A DNA stretch of 64,000 nt from NCBI GenBank assembly GCA_025558095.1, contig JAIVFI010000036.1:1-64000 (forward strand), given 5' to 3'. The notes below the pieces were generated by a model. It saw only the letters and a list, made by a program, of their open reading frames with translations. It had not been told where the DNA came from and ran no database searches. Position numbers and translations under genes: made by a program. Numbering within the stretch: position 1 is the stretch's first letter; each line of letters begins with the position of its first letter. The stretch comes from Hyaloraphidium curvatum SAG 235-1. Lineage: Eukaryota; Fungi; Monoblepharomycota. Positions 1 to 11,515 of this stretch are shown piece after piece.

Positions 1-1346
1 TCGCCCTCCTCGACCGCCAAATCCACGTGCCTCAGCCCCTCCCTGGCCCTCCCCAGCTTTCTCGCCCCCCTTTCCTCCCCCTCCTCCCCGTCAGCCAGCC
101 TCCCCTCCCTCCGCATCACGTCCTGCTTCCGCCTCAGGCTCGCCAGCAGCATCTTGTTTGCCCCGCCCAGGTTGTTCAGCACCGTCCTGCCCCCCGGGAT
201 CGCCGGTGCGGTGGGGCGGTGGGAAGGGATCCGCTCGAGGTCCAGGGTGACGGCTTCCCGCCGCGGGGAGCCCCGCGGGGCCGGTGCGTCCGGCGACCGG
301 GCGGCGAGGGACGGGTCCCAATTGACCCCCGGCGGCGGGGACGCGGGACGGGTGGCGGCCGGGGAGGGCCGGGCAGAGAGCTGCGAGAGCTTGGCCGAGA
401 TGTCGTCGAGGAAGTCCAGCCCGTCGTCGTCTTCCGCGCCGGGCGCGGGGTCGTGGTACGGGGGGTCGACGGGGGAGGTAAAGGGCACGGGAAGGGACGG
501 CGGGGCGAGGTCGCCGAGCGGCGAGTCGGGGGAGAGGGTGCCCGCGGAGTCGGGCGGGCCCTCTGCGCCGGGCTTGAAGGACCACCCCGTGCCGTCCGTG
601 CCGGGGCTCCACACGTCGTCCGTCTGCGGGTAAGGCGGGTTGTCGTCCACGGGTGTTTCGACCGCCGGTTCCGGGGGGGGCTGTCCGCGAAGGTCCTCGG
701 CCGAGTTGGCGTTGGAGAGGGAAGAGTTGGACGAGTCGTCCTCGTCCGCGTCCAGGACCACGAGCACCTCGGCCGCGGCGGGTGCGACCACGCGCACGGT
801 GGCTTTGCGCAGCAGGCGGGCGGCGGGGGCGTCGGGTGCCGGCGGCCCGTTGCTGGGCATGCGGTCCAGGGGGCGGGGCGACCGCCGCCGCCGCAGGGTC
901 ACCGAGCGCACCGGCGGCCGCGGCTCGCCGTCGTCGAGCGAGTCGGCGTCTGCAAATGAGCTGCCCTCCATGGAAGCAAGGGAGGCGGCGTCTGCAAGGT
1001 CGACGTCGAGGGCACCGCCAGCTGGCCCGCCGTCGGGGTCCGGTCCGCCCTCCGCCTCTCCGATCGCGGCCTCCCCGACGCCCACGTGCGGTCCCGCTTC
1101 TCCCCGATCAAATTCAGGCGGGCCCGGCTCCACCGGTTTGGCCGGCGACCGCCTCCGCCTCGGCGAGCGCGGCGGCGGCGCGGGCCCACCGTCCTCCGCG
1201 GTCTCCTGCCCCAGCAGCGCCAGCAGCCCATCGAGCTCGGCGACCGCGGCTCTCAGCGTCTGCGGCGTCACCTGCCCCTTCTTGCGGCGGCGCCGCGGCG
1301 ACGGGCCGACGCCGACAACGTCCCACGCCGAACGCGGGTCCGCCAT
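1..1346 (-). CDS. Hypothetical low-complexity (Pro/Ala/Asp/Arg-rich) protein; 3' end runs off the window
   Basis: ATG at 1346 (MADPRSAWDVVGVGP...) opens a frame that appears open to the window edge, so it is absent from the ORF track; GC3-biased codons; no recognisable domain. Confidence 0.55.
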   Translation of the reverse strand, partial: MADPRSAWDVVGVGPSPRRRRKKGQVTPQTLRAAVAELDGLLALLGQETAEDGGPAPPPRSPRRRRSPAKPVEPGPPEFDRGEAGPHVGVGEAAIGEAEGGPDPDGGPAGGALDVDLADAASLASMEGSSFADADSLDDGEPRPPVRSVTLRRRRSPRPLDRMPSNGPPAPDAPAARLLRKATVRVVAPAAAEVLVVLDADEDDSSNSSLSNANSAEDLRGQPPPEPAVETPVDDNPPYPQTDDVWSPGTDGTGWSFKPGAEGPPDSAGTLSPDSPLGDLAPPSLPVPFTSPVDPPYHDPAPGAEDDDGLDFLDDISAKLSQLSARPSPAATRPASPPPGVNWDPSLAARSPDAPAPRGSPRREAVTLDLERIPSHRPTAPAIPGGRTVLNNLGGANKMLLASLRRKQDVMRREGRLADGEEGEERGARKLGRAREGLRHVDLAVEEG

Positions 1347-1939
1347 GCCGACTGCCGCCGGCTGCCCCTGGCGGCCCCGCCTAGCGCCCGGGACGGCACA
1401 CGCTAACCAAGATAACCATGAATGCGGGGGGCATGCGGCGCCCGGGTGGCCGGAAGCGGGGCGGCCGGCTGGCGTGTGCGCGGTGCTCGGCCCGTTCCGC
1501 ACGGTGGGCCCCGCCGGTCCCCCGAAGTGTCTGCAGGGCACAGCCAGCAGACACGAATGGTCGATCGGGGGCTCTCATCTCCGTGCCTATCGGTGCTGTA
1601 GATGGATGCCTTCACACGTTCGTCCCCGAGTTGCGCTATGCTTCGCGGCTAGTCAGTCACGCTAGCAATGCCCATCGCTTCCCCCCTCGGCCAACCCACT
1701 CACCATTCCCGCAACAACTCGTCGAAAGTAACTCTTGCGCTTGCCTTTAAAATCATACTGCCATCAACGACCGACGACCGCTGTCCCATATCGGGAAGGG
1801 GGTCGATTCAGCCAGGACGAGGACGGCTGCGGCGCTTTCCCGCCACCGCACAACAAGGCGCATTTCGAGGACCTGCCGCGGCCCCGGCGGCCACCGCAGC
1901 CCCTCAATCGCCCGCGGAAAAACCGCATCTCTCGGTGCC

Positions 1940-3136
1940 ATGGACGAGGCGGAGCGGGAACGGCTGGCGGACCCCGAGGCCGGCGGCGGCGACCATCTTG
2001 CCAACGGACACGCCATCGGGAACGGCAAGGACTCGCCGCCCGAATCGCCCTCCCCGCCGCCGCTGCCGACGTCGGCCGCCGCCGCCGAGAACGAGCTGGC
2101 CGCCTTCGTCCCCGCGGCGGCCGCGTGGGTCTTCATCTCCACCGGCCTGATCACCTCCAACAAGTTCCTCTTCTCGGGCTCCTTCTCGTACCCGCTCACG
2201 CTCGCATCGATCCACATGTCCTTTGCCGTGGTCGCCTGCACCCTCCTCGCACGCACCGGCCTGCTGAACGTGCCCCGCCCGCCCCCGGGCGGCTACCGCA
2301 AGGCCGTCGTGCCGCTGGGCGTCATGTACGCCGCCACCATCGCCCTTTCCAACTCGGCCGCCAAGCGGCTGTCGATCGGCGCCGTGCAGATGACCCGCTC
2401 GGCGTCGCCGGTGTTTGCCTACTTCCTCTCGGTGCTCTGGGGCACCGAGCCCTTTTCGGGCGCGCAGCTCGCCGTGGTCGCGGGCATCTCGCTGGGCGTC
2501 GCGCTGGCGACGTGGTCCGAGTTCCGCGCGGACAGGCTCGGCATGGCGTTCCAGCTCGCCGTGATGGTGGTCGGCAACGCCCGCACCGTCCTGGTCAGGC
2601 GGTTCCTCGAGAACGGGCTCCTGCCGACGGACGACGCGCTGCCCCTCCTCGCCCTCCTCGCCCCCGCGACGCTGGCATGCCTCGCTCCCACCGCATTGTA
2701 CTTCGAGCCCGGCGCCCTCTCGGCCCTGGCATCGGGCGCCGTCGGCCTCCCCGGGCTGGCCGCCAACACCCTCCTCTCCTTCGTCCTCAACCTCGCCATG
2801 GTCAACATGATCACCCGCCGCGGCGGCGCCCTCTACCTGGGCCTGACCATGATCGCGCGCGACTTTATCCTCATCCTCATCTCCGTGGCCGTGTTTGCCG
2901 GGCCGTTCAGGTACCTCCAGGCGCTCGGGTACACCATCGCGCTGGGGTTCGTCATGGTGCTTACGAACCTCCGCGGGATGGCCAAGCGGCGCGGGGCGGA
3001 CGGGGGGATGGTCACCCTGAAGGAGGCGGTGGCCGAGACGGTCAGGGGGAGGGAGATCATGTCGGTGCCGCTGACGGCGGCGGGGCTGGCGGTGATCGCG
3101 GCCTTCTCGGACGTGGCGGTGGCCAAGGCGGCGTAG
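1940..3136 (+). CDS. Triose-phosphate/nucleotide-sugar transporter family (TPT/SLC35-like) membrane protein
   Basis: 398 aa intronless ORF with ~9-10 hydrophobic helices; WVFISTGLITSNKFLF...FSYPLTLASIH, ALSN and VQMTRSASP motifs typical of the TPT family. Confidence 0.85.
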   Translation: MDEAERERLADPEAGGGDHLANGHAIGNGKDSPPESPSPPPLPTSAAAAENELAAFVPAAAAWVFISTGLITSNKFLFSGSFSYPLTLASIHMSFAVVACTLLARTGLLNVPRPPPGGYRKAVVPLGVMYAATIALSNSAAKRLSIGAVQMTRSASPVFAYFLSVLWGTEPFSGAQLAVVAGISLGVALATWSEFRADRLGMAFQLAVMVVGNARTVLVRRFLENGLLPTDDALPLLALLAPATLACLAPTALYFEPGALSALASGAVGLPGLAANTLLSFVLNLAMVNMITRRGGALYLGLTMIARDFILILISVAVFAGPFRYLQALGYTIALGFVMVLTNLRGMAKRRGADGGMVTLKEAVAETVRGREIMSVPLTAAGLAVIAAFSDVAVAKAA

Positions 3137-3395
3137 CGACGGCACGGGAGGGAAGAGGACCATGTATGTCGTGGAGCGGGGGTCGCTGGACGATCGGCCT
3201 CTATAGAGATGGTGGCGCCGGGCGCGCCCTGGTGGACTCGCGGGTCGTTGTCACAGGTCCCATCCTTGAGTCTCCGGCTGATGTCCCTGCGGGCATCGAC
3301 CAACACCCCTGCGATGAGCACTCCAGGCGCTCATCGCGGGCCGGCCGGGCACCCACCTCGATCCCCCTCTCCCCGCCGATCGACTCAACACCGCC

Positions 3396-4643
3396 TCATT
3401 TCCTCCCCGCCGCGAACTCGTACGGCGCCGCCAGCTTGCCCGCCCTCTCCTTCCACCCCTCCAGCTTCTCTGCCCGCTCGAGCAGCTTCCCCAACTCCCT
3501 CTTCCCCCACTCCGCCCCCCCGGGGATCGCCTCGATCTTGCCATCGTACGACACGCTGTTCCACCCCCCCGGCCCGGGCGCCTTGCCCCCCGAAACGACG
3601 AACCCCGCCGCCCTCTCGCAGAACACCTCGGACTGCGCGAGCTCGGGGAAAAACGGGAACACGTGCACCTGCTCCGCGTGCACGTCGACGGCCGCCCCGG
3701 GGCGCACGGAAAAGAACGCCAGGTCCTCGGCGTAGCACCTGTCCACGGTCCCCAGGGATGCAAACACCGGCGGCAAGGCTCGGGGGGGCAGGTCGAACAG
3801 CGGGGAGACGTACGGCTTCGGAAGCGCGCCGCGGGAGCCGCCGGTGTACGAGAGCGCGTACAGGTCGACCTCGCCGCCGCCGCCGAGCCAGTCCGCCGAG
3901 AACTCCTCGTCCAGGTGGATGGTGGGGGAGATGCCGGTGAGGTCGGTCCAGGGGGTGATCAGGGCCAGGCCGGCGGGGACGGGGGCCGGGCCGGGGTGAT
4001 CGCGGAGGTAGGCGGTGGTGGCGAGCGAGCAGTTGGCGCCGGCTGGACGCGAGGGGGGTGGGTCAGCGAGGAGGGAGGCGGGAAGGTGCACGCGAGCGAC
4101 CCACCCGAGTCGCCGCCGAGGAAGATGTTCTCGGCCTTGAGCCCCGTCCCGAGCAGGTACCTTATCGCCGAGATGGCGTCCACCAGCGGCGCCGGATGCC
4201 CGCTCTGCGGCGCGAGCCTGTAGTCGATCGCCAGCACCCTCACCCCGTGCCGGGCGATCCCGCCGGTGATCATCCTGTGCGTGTTGGGGTTGCACACGCA
4301 GTATGCGCCCCCGTGGATGTAGAGCAGGACGTTGTCCGTCGACGCCTTGGCGGGCTCGAGCCATTCCGCGGGGAAGCTGCCCGACGCGTCGTCTTCGAGG
4401 CCGGGCACGGGCAGCCGGGGAACATCCACCGGCGTGATCTTGACTCCATCGGGGACGGGGAGCGGCGGGAGCGCGTAGAGCGCCTGCCTGCGGTCGGGAG
4501 TTAGCGGGAGACAGTTGCGGCACACAGGGGGCGACGCACTGCCGGGCGACGAGGTCTTCCGCCGAAGCCGGGGGCGGGCCGCGGCGCGCTGCGACGGCGG
4601 CGGCGAATTCGGGCGTCCACGACGGCGGCGTGTGCGCGGCCAT
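3396..4643 (-). CDS. Alpha/beta hydrolase, hormone-sensitive-lipase-like (Abhydrolase_3) esterase; spliced
   Basis: LLYIHGGAY oxyanion motif, IDYRLAP, GDSGG nucleophile elbow, ITPWTD, VSPLF, acid Asp and QVHVF His spread over frames joined by short introns. Confidence 0.88.
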   Translation of the reverse strand: MAAHTPPSWTPEFAAAVAARRGPPPASAEDLVARQCVAPCVPQLSPANSRPQAGALRAPAAPRPRWSQDHAGGCSPAARARPRRRRVGQLPRGMARARQGVDGQRPALHPRGRILRVQPQHAQDDHRRDRPARGEGAGDRLQARAAERASGAAGGRHLGDKVPARDGAQGREHLPRRRLGWVARVHLPASLLADPPPSRPAGANCSLATTAYLRDHPGPAPVPAGLALITPWTDLTGISPTIHLDEEFSADWLGGGGEVDLYALSYTGGSRGALPKPYVSPLFDLPPRALPPVFASLGTVDRCYAEDLAFFSVRPGAAVDVHAEQVHVFPFFPELAQSEVFCERAAGFVVSGGKAPGPGGWNSVSYDGKIEAIPGGAEWGKRELGKLLERAEKLEGWKERAGKLAAPYEFAAGRK

Positions 4644-4722
4644 TTCGCGTCGATGTGCTGTGCGTCTGGCGGAGGGCGTCGATCGCCCCGCCGCCCCCCT
4701 CGGCCCCCCCCTACCGACAGCG

Positions 4723-6152
4723 ATGCCGCTCGCGTGGGGCATCATCGGCCCCGGCTCCATCGCGGACGAAATCGCGCCGTTCGTCTTTGGCCCGCCCGGC
4801 ACCCCGAACGTGCTCCGCGCCGTCGCCTCGCGCTCCCCCGGGCGCTCGCAGGCTTTCGCAGAAAAGCACGCGTACGGCGGGCAGGTCAAGGCGTACGGGT
4901 CGTACGCGGAGCTCATCGCGGACGAGGAAGTGGGCTTCGCCCCCCGCCCGGCGCGCGGGACGGGATGCTGAGCGTGCGTGCGGCAGGTCCAGGCGGTGTA
5001 CGTCGCGACGCCGCTCCGGGGCCGGAAGGAGCTCTGCCTCGCGTGCGCGGCGGCAGGGAAGCACGTGATCGCCGAGAAGCCGCTGTTCGCGACGGCCAAG
5101 GACGTGGAGGAGGTCATCGCCGGCTTCAGGTGGGGCCACCGGGCCGCGGACGGATGCCGGAGAGCCGACGGCCGAGCAGGTCCCGCAACCTCGCCTTCCT
5201 CGACGCCACGCACTGGGTGCACCACCCCCGCACCGCCCTCCTCCGCGCACGCTTGCAGGACCCGTCGTTCGGCCCCGTCTCGGACGTCGCCGCCGACTTC
5301 CGGATCGCGCTGCCGGTCAGGGAGGGGCAGGTCCGGTTCGACGCCGAGGCCGAGCCGCTGGGTGTGCTGGGGGACCTGGGGTGGTATCCGATCCGTGTGA
5401 TCCTGTTTGCTTTCGGGAACCTGGTACCGGAGAAGGTGGGGGCTGCCGGCACCTGCTCCATTCCACTTGACCCGATCCGGACCCCCGCGCCGTCCCATTC
5501 AGGTCATCGCCGTCGCCACCCCCATCACCGAGTCCAACCCCGCCCTGGCCTCCATCTCCGGCATCATCTCGTTTCCCGCGCTCCGCGCCCCGGACGGCAC
5601 CCTGACGGCGCGCACCGCCCGGTTCTCGGCATCCTTCACCTCGACCTTCGTCCAGAACTGCACCATCCTCTCGGACAGGGCGATCCTCGAGCTCGACGAT
5701 TTCGTGCAGTGGGTACATGCGGCGGGCACGTCCCCGCGCCGAACGCAGCTCACCCCGCCTCCCGACGGGGCAGCCCCTGGCCCTACATCACGCGCCGGGG
5801 CACGTCCCTGAACCGCGCCTTCCCGACCGCCTTCCGCCACGCCAAGCGGTTCGCCGCCGCCCGCGAGACCGTCGCACTCCCAGAAAAGGATGCCGCCGTC
5901 GTGGGCTCCGACGCGCTGTTCCGCAAGTTCGCCTCGCTGGTGGAACGGGGTGTCACCGCGGACGCCGAGACGGAGGAGTACCGTGGGTTCCCTTCGCGTT
6001 GCTCGCGCGGTCCGGTCGTGCTGACGTGCGTTTCGCGCGGGGAAGTGAGGGCGGACGTGCTCACCCACGCGGTCTTCGAGGCGTGTCTAGAGAGCGCGAG
6101 GAAGGGCGGGGCGGCGGTTTCGCTGAGGGACGCCACCAAGGCGTCGCTGTGA
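4723..6152 (+). CDS. Gfo/Idh/MocA family NAD(P)-dependent oxidoreductase; spliced
   Basis: WGIIGPGSIA Rossmann motif, AVYVATP, GKHVIAEKP, GVLGDLGWYP; several short introns; ends ...KASL*. Confidence 0.85.
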
Positions 6153-6904
6153 GCGGACGGGCACGGGGAGGCGCACGACGGCGGTCCTGCGGCAGCGGCG
6201 TGGCACGGATCTGTGGTCAGTAGACGCCTCGGCTGGAATGCAGCGTCCGATCCGGGGCCCGGAGCAGCGCCAAGGGGCAGGGAGCGGACCCTCGTCCCTC
6301 CTCCCCACGAATTGCATTCCCCCCATCGTCCGGCCCGTCCCGCCTTCCCCGTCCCCATCGTCGCTTCGCAGCACCGCCCCCGATCCGCGGGTCCCGGGAT
6401 CGCGCCGAGTCACGGACCAACGGCCGCCCTTGGCTGTGCCTCGGTTGGTCCGTGCTAAGGCGGCGCGCCGCAGCGGCTTCCCGGGCCTGCCGCCCGGGGA
6501 CGGTGAGGATCCCATGCTCCCGTGCGAATCGGGGGAAGGGACGGCGCGGGATGCGGGGGATGAAGTGCGGGATGCGTGCGGGAAGGCGGCCTCGGTACGA
6601 GGGGCGGCACGGAGCGGGACCCTGGCCACCCTGAAGCGGCGGCAGCGCCCCTGGTACGGCCACCAACCGCCCCCTCGGGCGAGGATAAGTGGGGCCCACC
6701 CCCGCGTTAACCCCGACACCGTATTCCCGCCCGATCCGTCGTGCTTTCGCTGCGGCCGGTGCGGCACCGGGCTGCGACGGCCACAGGGCGGTGTTAGTTT
6801 ACTGGCTGTGCCGAAAACGGGCGCGCGCGCCGCTCCCAAGCCACACGAAGAAACCCCTGCGTCGAGGACGCGGCTACCCCGGGACGCGCTCGGCAGCATT
6901 CACC

Positions 6905-7486
6905 ATGCCCGCCCTCTTCCCCTCCCGCCCCCGCGCGGCGACGCCCGCCGCCCCCCCCGGCCGCGCCGCGCCGCTCGCCTTTTCCGTCAAGGCCAACATG
7001 ACCATCCTCCCGCCCGTGCGCAACGGGGTCGACATCCGCCGCACCGAGTTTGCCTGCACCGTGCCCGCCGCGCACGCGAGGGCGCGGTGGCCCGCGCCGC
7101 CGGGGGAGTGCGGGCACCCCCGGCCCTCCCGCGCGCAGGGCGGTGCCGCCGCCAAAGGCCCGACGCGGGCCGAGGATGCCGCGGACTTTTGCGCAGAGTG
7201 CAACGCGCTGTTCATGCGCGGGCTGCCGTGCCTGGAGGACGGCGAATGCAGCGAGGAGGACGAGGTGGAGGCCCCGGGGTCGCCGGTCGCGGCGGTGTGG
7301 GACGGGCCGGCGCTGGCCGCGCTCCCCGGGCAGGGCAGGCGGGCGGCGGAGGAGGAGAGCCTGCTGCCGGCGTGCAAGGCCGATTCGGGCGTGGATCTGA
7401 GCTCGGACGGGGAGAGGGAGGCCTACGGCAGGGCGCTGGCGGCGGGCCACGCCGACGAGGCGCTGGCGTGCCGGCCCCTGCAGTGA
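6905..7486 (+). CDS. Hypothetical protein (~193 aa)
   Basis: ATG in CACCATG context, strong GC3 codon bias, CAEC motif and acidic tail; no family recognised. Confidence 0.5.
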   Translation: MPALFPSRPRAATPAAPPGRAAPLAFSVKANMTILPPVRNGVDIRRTEFACTVPAAHARARWPAPPGECGHPRPSRAQGGAAAKGPTRAEDAADFCAECNALFMRGLPCLEDGECSEEDEVEAPGSPVAAVWDGPALAALPGQGRRAAEEESLLPACKADSGVDLSSDGEREAYGRALAAGHADEALACRPLQ

Positions 7487-7793
7487 CTCGAACGACCCCC
7501 GACACGGACGCTTTTGGATTTCACGCGTGGGTTGGCGGCGCCCTCCCCCCGAGGGACGGGTGGCGCTGCGCGCGGTGTAGAAAACGGCCGCGCACTGAAG
7601 CCGGCCCCATATATCCGTGTAGATCCGGCCGGGCGATGTAGAATAGGGTCCGCGCCGCTCGTTTCGTTCTGCTCCCCCGGTAATACATCCGTCGCCTTGT
7701 ACTGTTGCCGATCCGCCGTCCTCCCGAGTGACAAGCCCCCGCGAGATTTTATCGTCCCTCCAAAACCCCACTGCCGGGCCACCTCAAAAAGCC

Positions 7794-8426
7794 CTACCCC
7801 GCCCCGATCCCCACCGTCGCGCCCCCAACGGGAACCCCGCGTGCCGCCTGCCCGGGGCACAGGCACACGATCGCCCCGAACACCCTCCTGCACACCGGGC
7901 AGACCCCGAACCCTCCCACCCTGCCTTGGCTCCCCCTCGCGTCCTCCATTTCGCGGCCGGCGGGGCGGTCGAACCCGGTGCCGGTCATCCACGCCTCGAT
8001 GCACGGCGGGTGGAACGCGTGCCCGCAGGGCAGCGACCTCCGCGGTCCCGCGACGGGCTCCAGGCAGACGGGGCAGTCCCCCAGCGCGGCGGAGGAAATG
8101 CCTGGGGAAACCACCGGGGCGATGCGGTCCAGTTCGGGCAGGGGAAGGGAGTTCATGACGTCCGGGGCGGGGCCGTGCGGCGAGGCGTCCGGAGGGGAGG
8201 TGGGCGGGGCGGTCCCGGCCTCCGTGTCCTCTTCGGACGCGTCGCGGCGGTGCCGACGGAGCCGGCAGAGGTGGCGCACCGCCGCGGCGACGATGAGCAG
8301 CAGCCCCAGGCAGCCGGCGGCGACGGTGGCGGGGAACGCGGGCGCGAAGGCGGACGCGTCCGGGCCGCGTTCCCCCGGCGCAGCGGGCGAAGTGGCCGCG
8401 GGGAGCGTGTCGTCGATGGCGGGCAT
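7794..8426 (-). CDS. Single-TM RING-H2 E3 ubiquitin ligase (ATL/RNF-like)
   Basis: Hydrophobic helix (VAAGCLGLLLIVAAAV) followed by a basic patch, then CPVC...CGHAFHPPC..W...CPVC RING-H2 ligands. Confidence 0.8.
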   Translation of the reverse strand: MPAIDDTLPAATSPAAPGERGPDASAFAPAFPATVAAGCLGLLLIVAAAVRHLCRLRRHRRDASEEDTEAGTAPPTSPPDASPHGPAPDVMNSLPLPELDRIAPVVSPGISSAALGDCPVCLEPVAGPRRSLPCGHAFHPPCIEAWMTGTGFDRPAGREMEDARGSQGRVGGFGVCPVCRRVFGAIVCLCPGQAARGVPVGGATVGIGAG

Positions 8427-9531
8427 GGCGTCGTCGGGCGTGGAGAGGGCACGGGAAGCGTTCGCCGGGGTCCGACGAGGTCCGCATGTGCACGGCGGCA
8501 TCGGGGCATCCGGACCTCCGATCCTCGCGAACCACACCGTCGCGCCGCAGCACCCGACGCACTCGGGGCCGGATCGTGGATGCGCGGATCGTCCCTTTGC
8601 TGATCTTGAGCCCCGCCCGATGCAAAGGGCTGCTCGCGGGCACGGAGGCAGGTGGGACGAAGGCCGCCGTTGACTCCGCCGAGCGGTCCCGACGCGATCC
8701 ACCCCGCCCCCGCCACACGCGACTCCTCGGCAGTCCAGACTGGGAAAAAGGCATCGACCACTACCAACCGACGTTTCTTCGACCGGGCACCTCCGGTCAT
8801 CGGCAGCGGCTTCTATTCGGTGATGTGGCGACGCGGCACAGCCCCACCGACAACTGTCGGTGATCGCCTTCCGGCGTGGCCTACGATCCCCGGTTGCAGC
8901 ACCTCGCTCGCCTGCAAGCGGAGAATATCGTTGTGGACAGGGCATGGCCGCGCAGCGCGGAAAGGGAGGTGGGAGCGGACCGGCGCGGCATGCGGCTTCC
9001 CCGCGCGGGGGGGGTCCGGAGTGGATTGCACGAGCGCCGCGGGGGAGCGCGAACACATCCGGCGAATTGCCGCCGCTAGTACGATACCGGCATCGGAAAC
9101 CCGATCCGAGATTGCCGGAACCGGATCACCGCTTGGTCGTCGCCGCCGAATGGCATCGGTGTGACGGCTTCCATGTGGACATATAACCCGCCCACAGCCC
9201 GACCAACGTGGGCGGCTCGTGTTCGACGTGGCCCGTCCGCCCCCCGACGCTGGTCGCCGCGGCTCGGCGTTGCAGAGCATGGTTTCCCGACTCGTGGTGC
9301 ACAACCGGGCGGGCCGGGCGGAGGTGTGGGAGCGCCCCGGGGTCTCTGGCGGACGGCGCGCCGGGGCTTTCCTTGCGGGCGGGGTCCGCGGTCGGAATGA
9401 AGGAGGCGGCGCCGTTTGGAAGAGCGACGGGACGACGGGCGCACGACTTCGATCTCTGTACTGCTTGGCCTGCCCCAGCTGCCGACCGCGACGGGATCGG
9501 GGCTCCGGGCCGGCCCGGCCCGCGGGCCCGC

Positions 9532-10387
9532 TCACCGCTTGCTCGTCGCCGCCGCCCTCCTCGTGCTCGTCCGCTTCCTCGCGCTCGTCTGCTTCTTCGC
9601 GCTCGTCCGCTTCCTGGTTGTCGTCCTCTTCCTGCTCGTCGTCCGCTTCCTGGTGCTCTTCTTTGGCGGGGCCGGGAGCCTGACCGGATGGTTGCCTGCC
9701 TTCCCCGGTCAGTCCTCCCCCGTGACGTCCCGCGCAGGGTGGGCCCCCAAACCCACCCACGGTCCCGCACCCCTGCATCCATGCCAGCTGTGTGCAGAAC
9801 GACGGCAGCCTGCCGGTGCAGTCGGCGGGCCCGAAGGAGGGATCGTAGAAGTAGAACAGCGCCCCCGTCAGGTTCGCCGCCGTGGGGCGCACGGGGTCGG
9901 CTGGGCAGACGAAGCCGGGCGGGTACTTGTAGTAGGCGTCCATGGTCAGCGATGCTGCGCGGGTGAGCACGGGCGGGCAGCATGACGGCGGGGGCGCCCA
10001 CCGTAGGCATCCACGGACGCCGACCAGGCCCAGCCGAGGATGTTGCCGACCACGGGCCACGCCGGCCGCTCGACGCACCACTTGACCATCCTGAACGTGC
10101 CGTACTCCGGGTCGTCGAAGACGGACCCGCAGGCGGCGGCGGCCTTGGAGCGGGCGACGCCGGCGGCAGAAGTCGAAGGCAAAGACCTCGATCTGGCTGC
10201 GCGCGATGGAGGCGACGGCTGCGCGGGCGGGTGAGCGGGCGCGGCGGCGGGCGGCGGCGCGCGCACAGTCGCCGCACGCGGCGCCCTCGTAGAACCGCGC
10301 GCTCGTGACGAGGGCGACGGCGCGTGCGCGCCCCGCGGCGGCGAGCAGCGCGGCGGCGACGAGGACGGCGGGCGGGAGGCGTTGCAT
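9532..10387 (-). CDS. Secreted Cys-containing protein with basic K/R/T-rich C-terminal tail, paralog A; spliced
   Basis: Signal peptide MQRLPPAVLVAAALLAAAGRARA; phase-1 last intron gives GNHPVRLPAPPKKSTRKRTTSRKRTTTRKRT...SKR*; aligns with 10639-11515. Confidence 0.7.
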
Positions 10388-10638
10388 CGTGCAGTGTCCG
10401 ATGCCCGTGTTGATTTTGGAGCGGTGGGGTATGAGTGGGTCCAGCATCATTCGGGGCCGCTCATTGAGCCGCGTCGTCAGCGGACGCCGCTAACATGCCC
10501 GATCGGTCGAGGATGTGCCGCAGTGGACTCGGAGGAAACCAGCTTCATATCCACCGCAATTTGTCCGCAGGCCCTGCCTCCCTTTCCCCGCCGTCCGAGG
10601 CGGCAACCTCGGCAAACCAGCGCAACGCCGCCCGCTCA

Positions 10639-11515
10639 TCACCGCCTGCTCGTCGCCGCAGCCTTCTTGGTCGTCGCGCGCTTCCTGGTGCTCGTCCGCT
10701 TCCTGGTGGTCGCCTTTTTCTTGGTCGTCGTCCTCCTTTTGCTCGTGGTCCGCTTCTTGGCGGGCGCCGGCAGGAGCAACGGATGGTTGGCTGCCGACGC
10801 ACTCCGTCAATGCCCGCAACCCGCGACTCCGCCCGACACGTCCGGCACCCACCGAGCTTCCCGCACCCGTAAAGCCTCGTCCCGCTGCCTGGCAGCTCCC
10901 CGCACACCGGCGGCGGCCTGGTCGCGCAGTCCACCGGGCCTGGGCCTCGGGGAGGTAGAACGCGAACCTCGCGCCGATCAGCCCGGCGGCGGTCGGCTTG
11001 AGCGGCGACATGCACCTGGTCCCGTCGGGGTAGTCGTACCTCGCCTCGACGTCCAGCGTCCCTTTGCCGCGGGATGGGTGGCAAGTCAGCTTGAACTTCC
11101 CCGCCGGCGCGCCGGCGGGAGGCCCACCGTAGTCCGCCAGCGGCAGCGGTATCGTCAGCCCCAGCACCCTCCCGTACACCGGCCACGACGAATAGCGCGA
11201 ACACCACGTCAGGCTGCGGTACGTTGTTCCGTTGACCACCACCTGGCGGCAGTCGGCCAGCAGGTTCGAGTCGGGGACGCCGGCGGGGCACGAGGGTACG
11301 CTGGCGACGGTCATGACGGAGTTTGAGACCGAGAGGACGTCTAGGGGGCGGCCGGTGAGCAGCGCCGGCGGGGAGGGAGGCGGGGAAGGGGTACCTTGCC
11401 TGCAAATGGCGCCGCCGTAGAATCGCACCTCCGTCTGGAGGAAGAGGGCGCTGGCGCCGTTTGCGGCGGAGAGCAGCGCCGCGAGGAGGGCGGCGAGGGG
11501 CAGGGCGGACGGCAT
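10639..11515 (-). CDS. Secreted Cys-containing protein with basic tail, paralog B; apparent 1-nt frameshift near 10940
   Basis: Signal peptide MPSALPLAALLAALLSAANGASA; shared RFYxGAxC, WC...WPVxGxxLG, YxYPxGxxC and GPxDC motifs; tail NHPLLLPAPAKKRTTSKRRTTTKKKATT...SRR*. Confidence 0.65.

Noticed and set aside
9535-9665. Acidic EADE-repeat tails shown in the ORF track (also ~10640-10760)
   Set aside because: They arise from reading through an intron; splice phase in both paralogs gives the basic K/R/T frame
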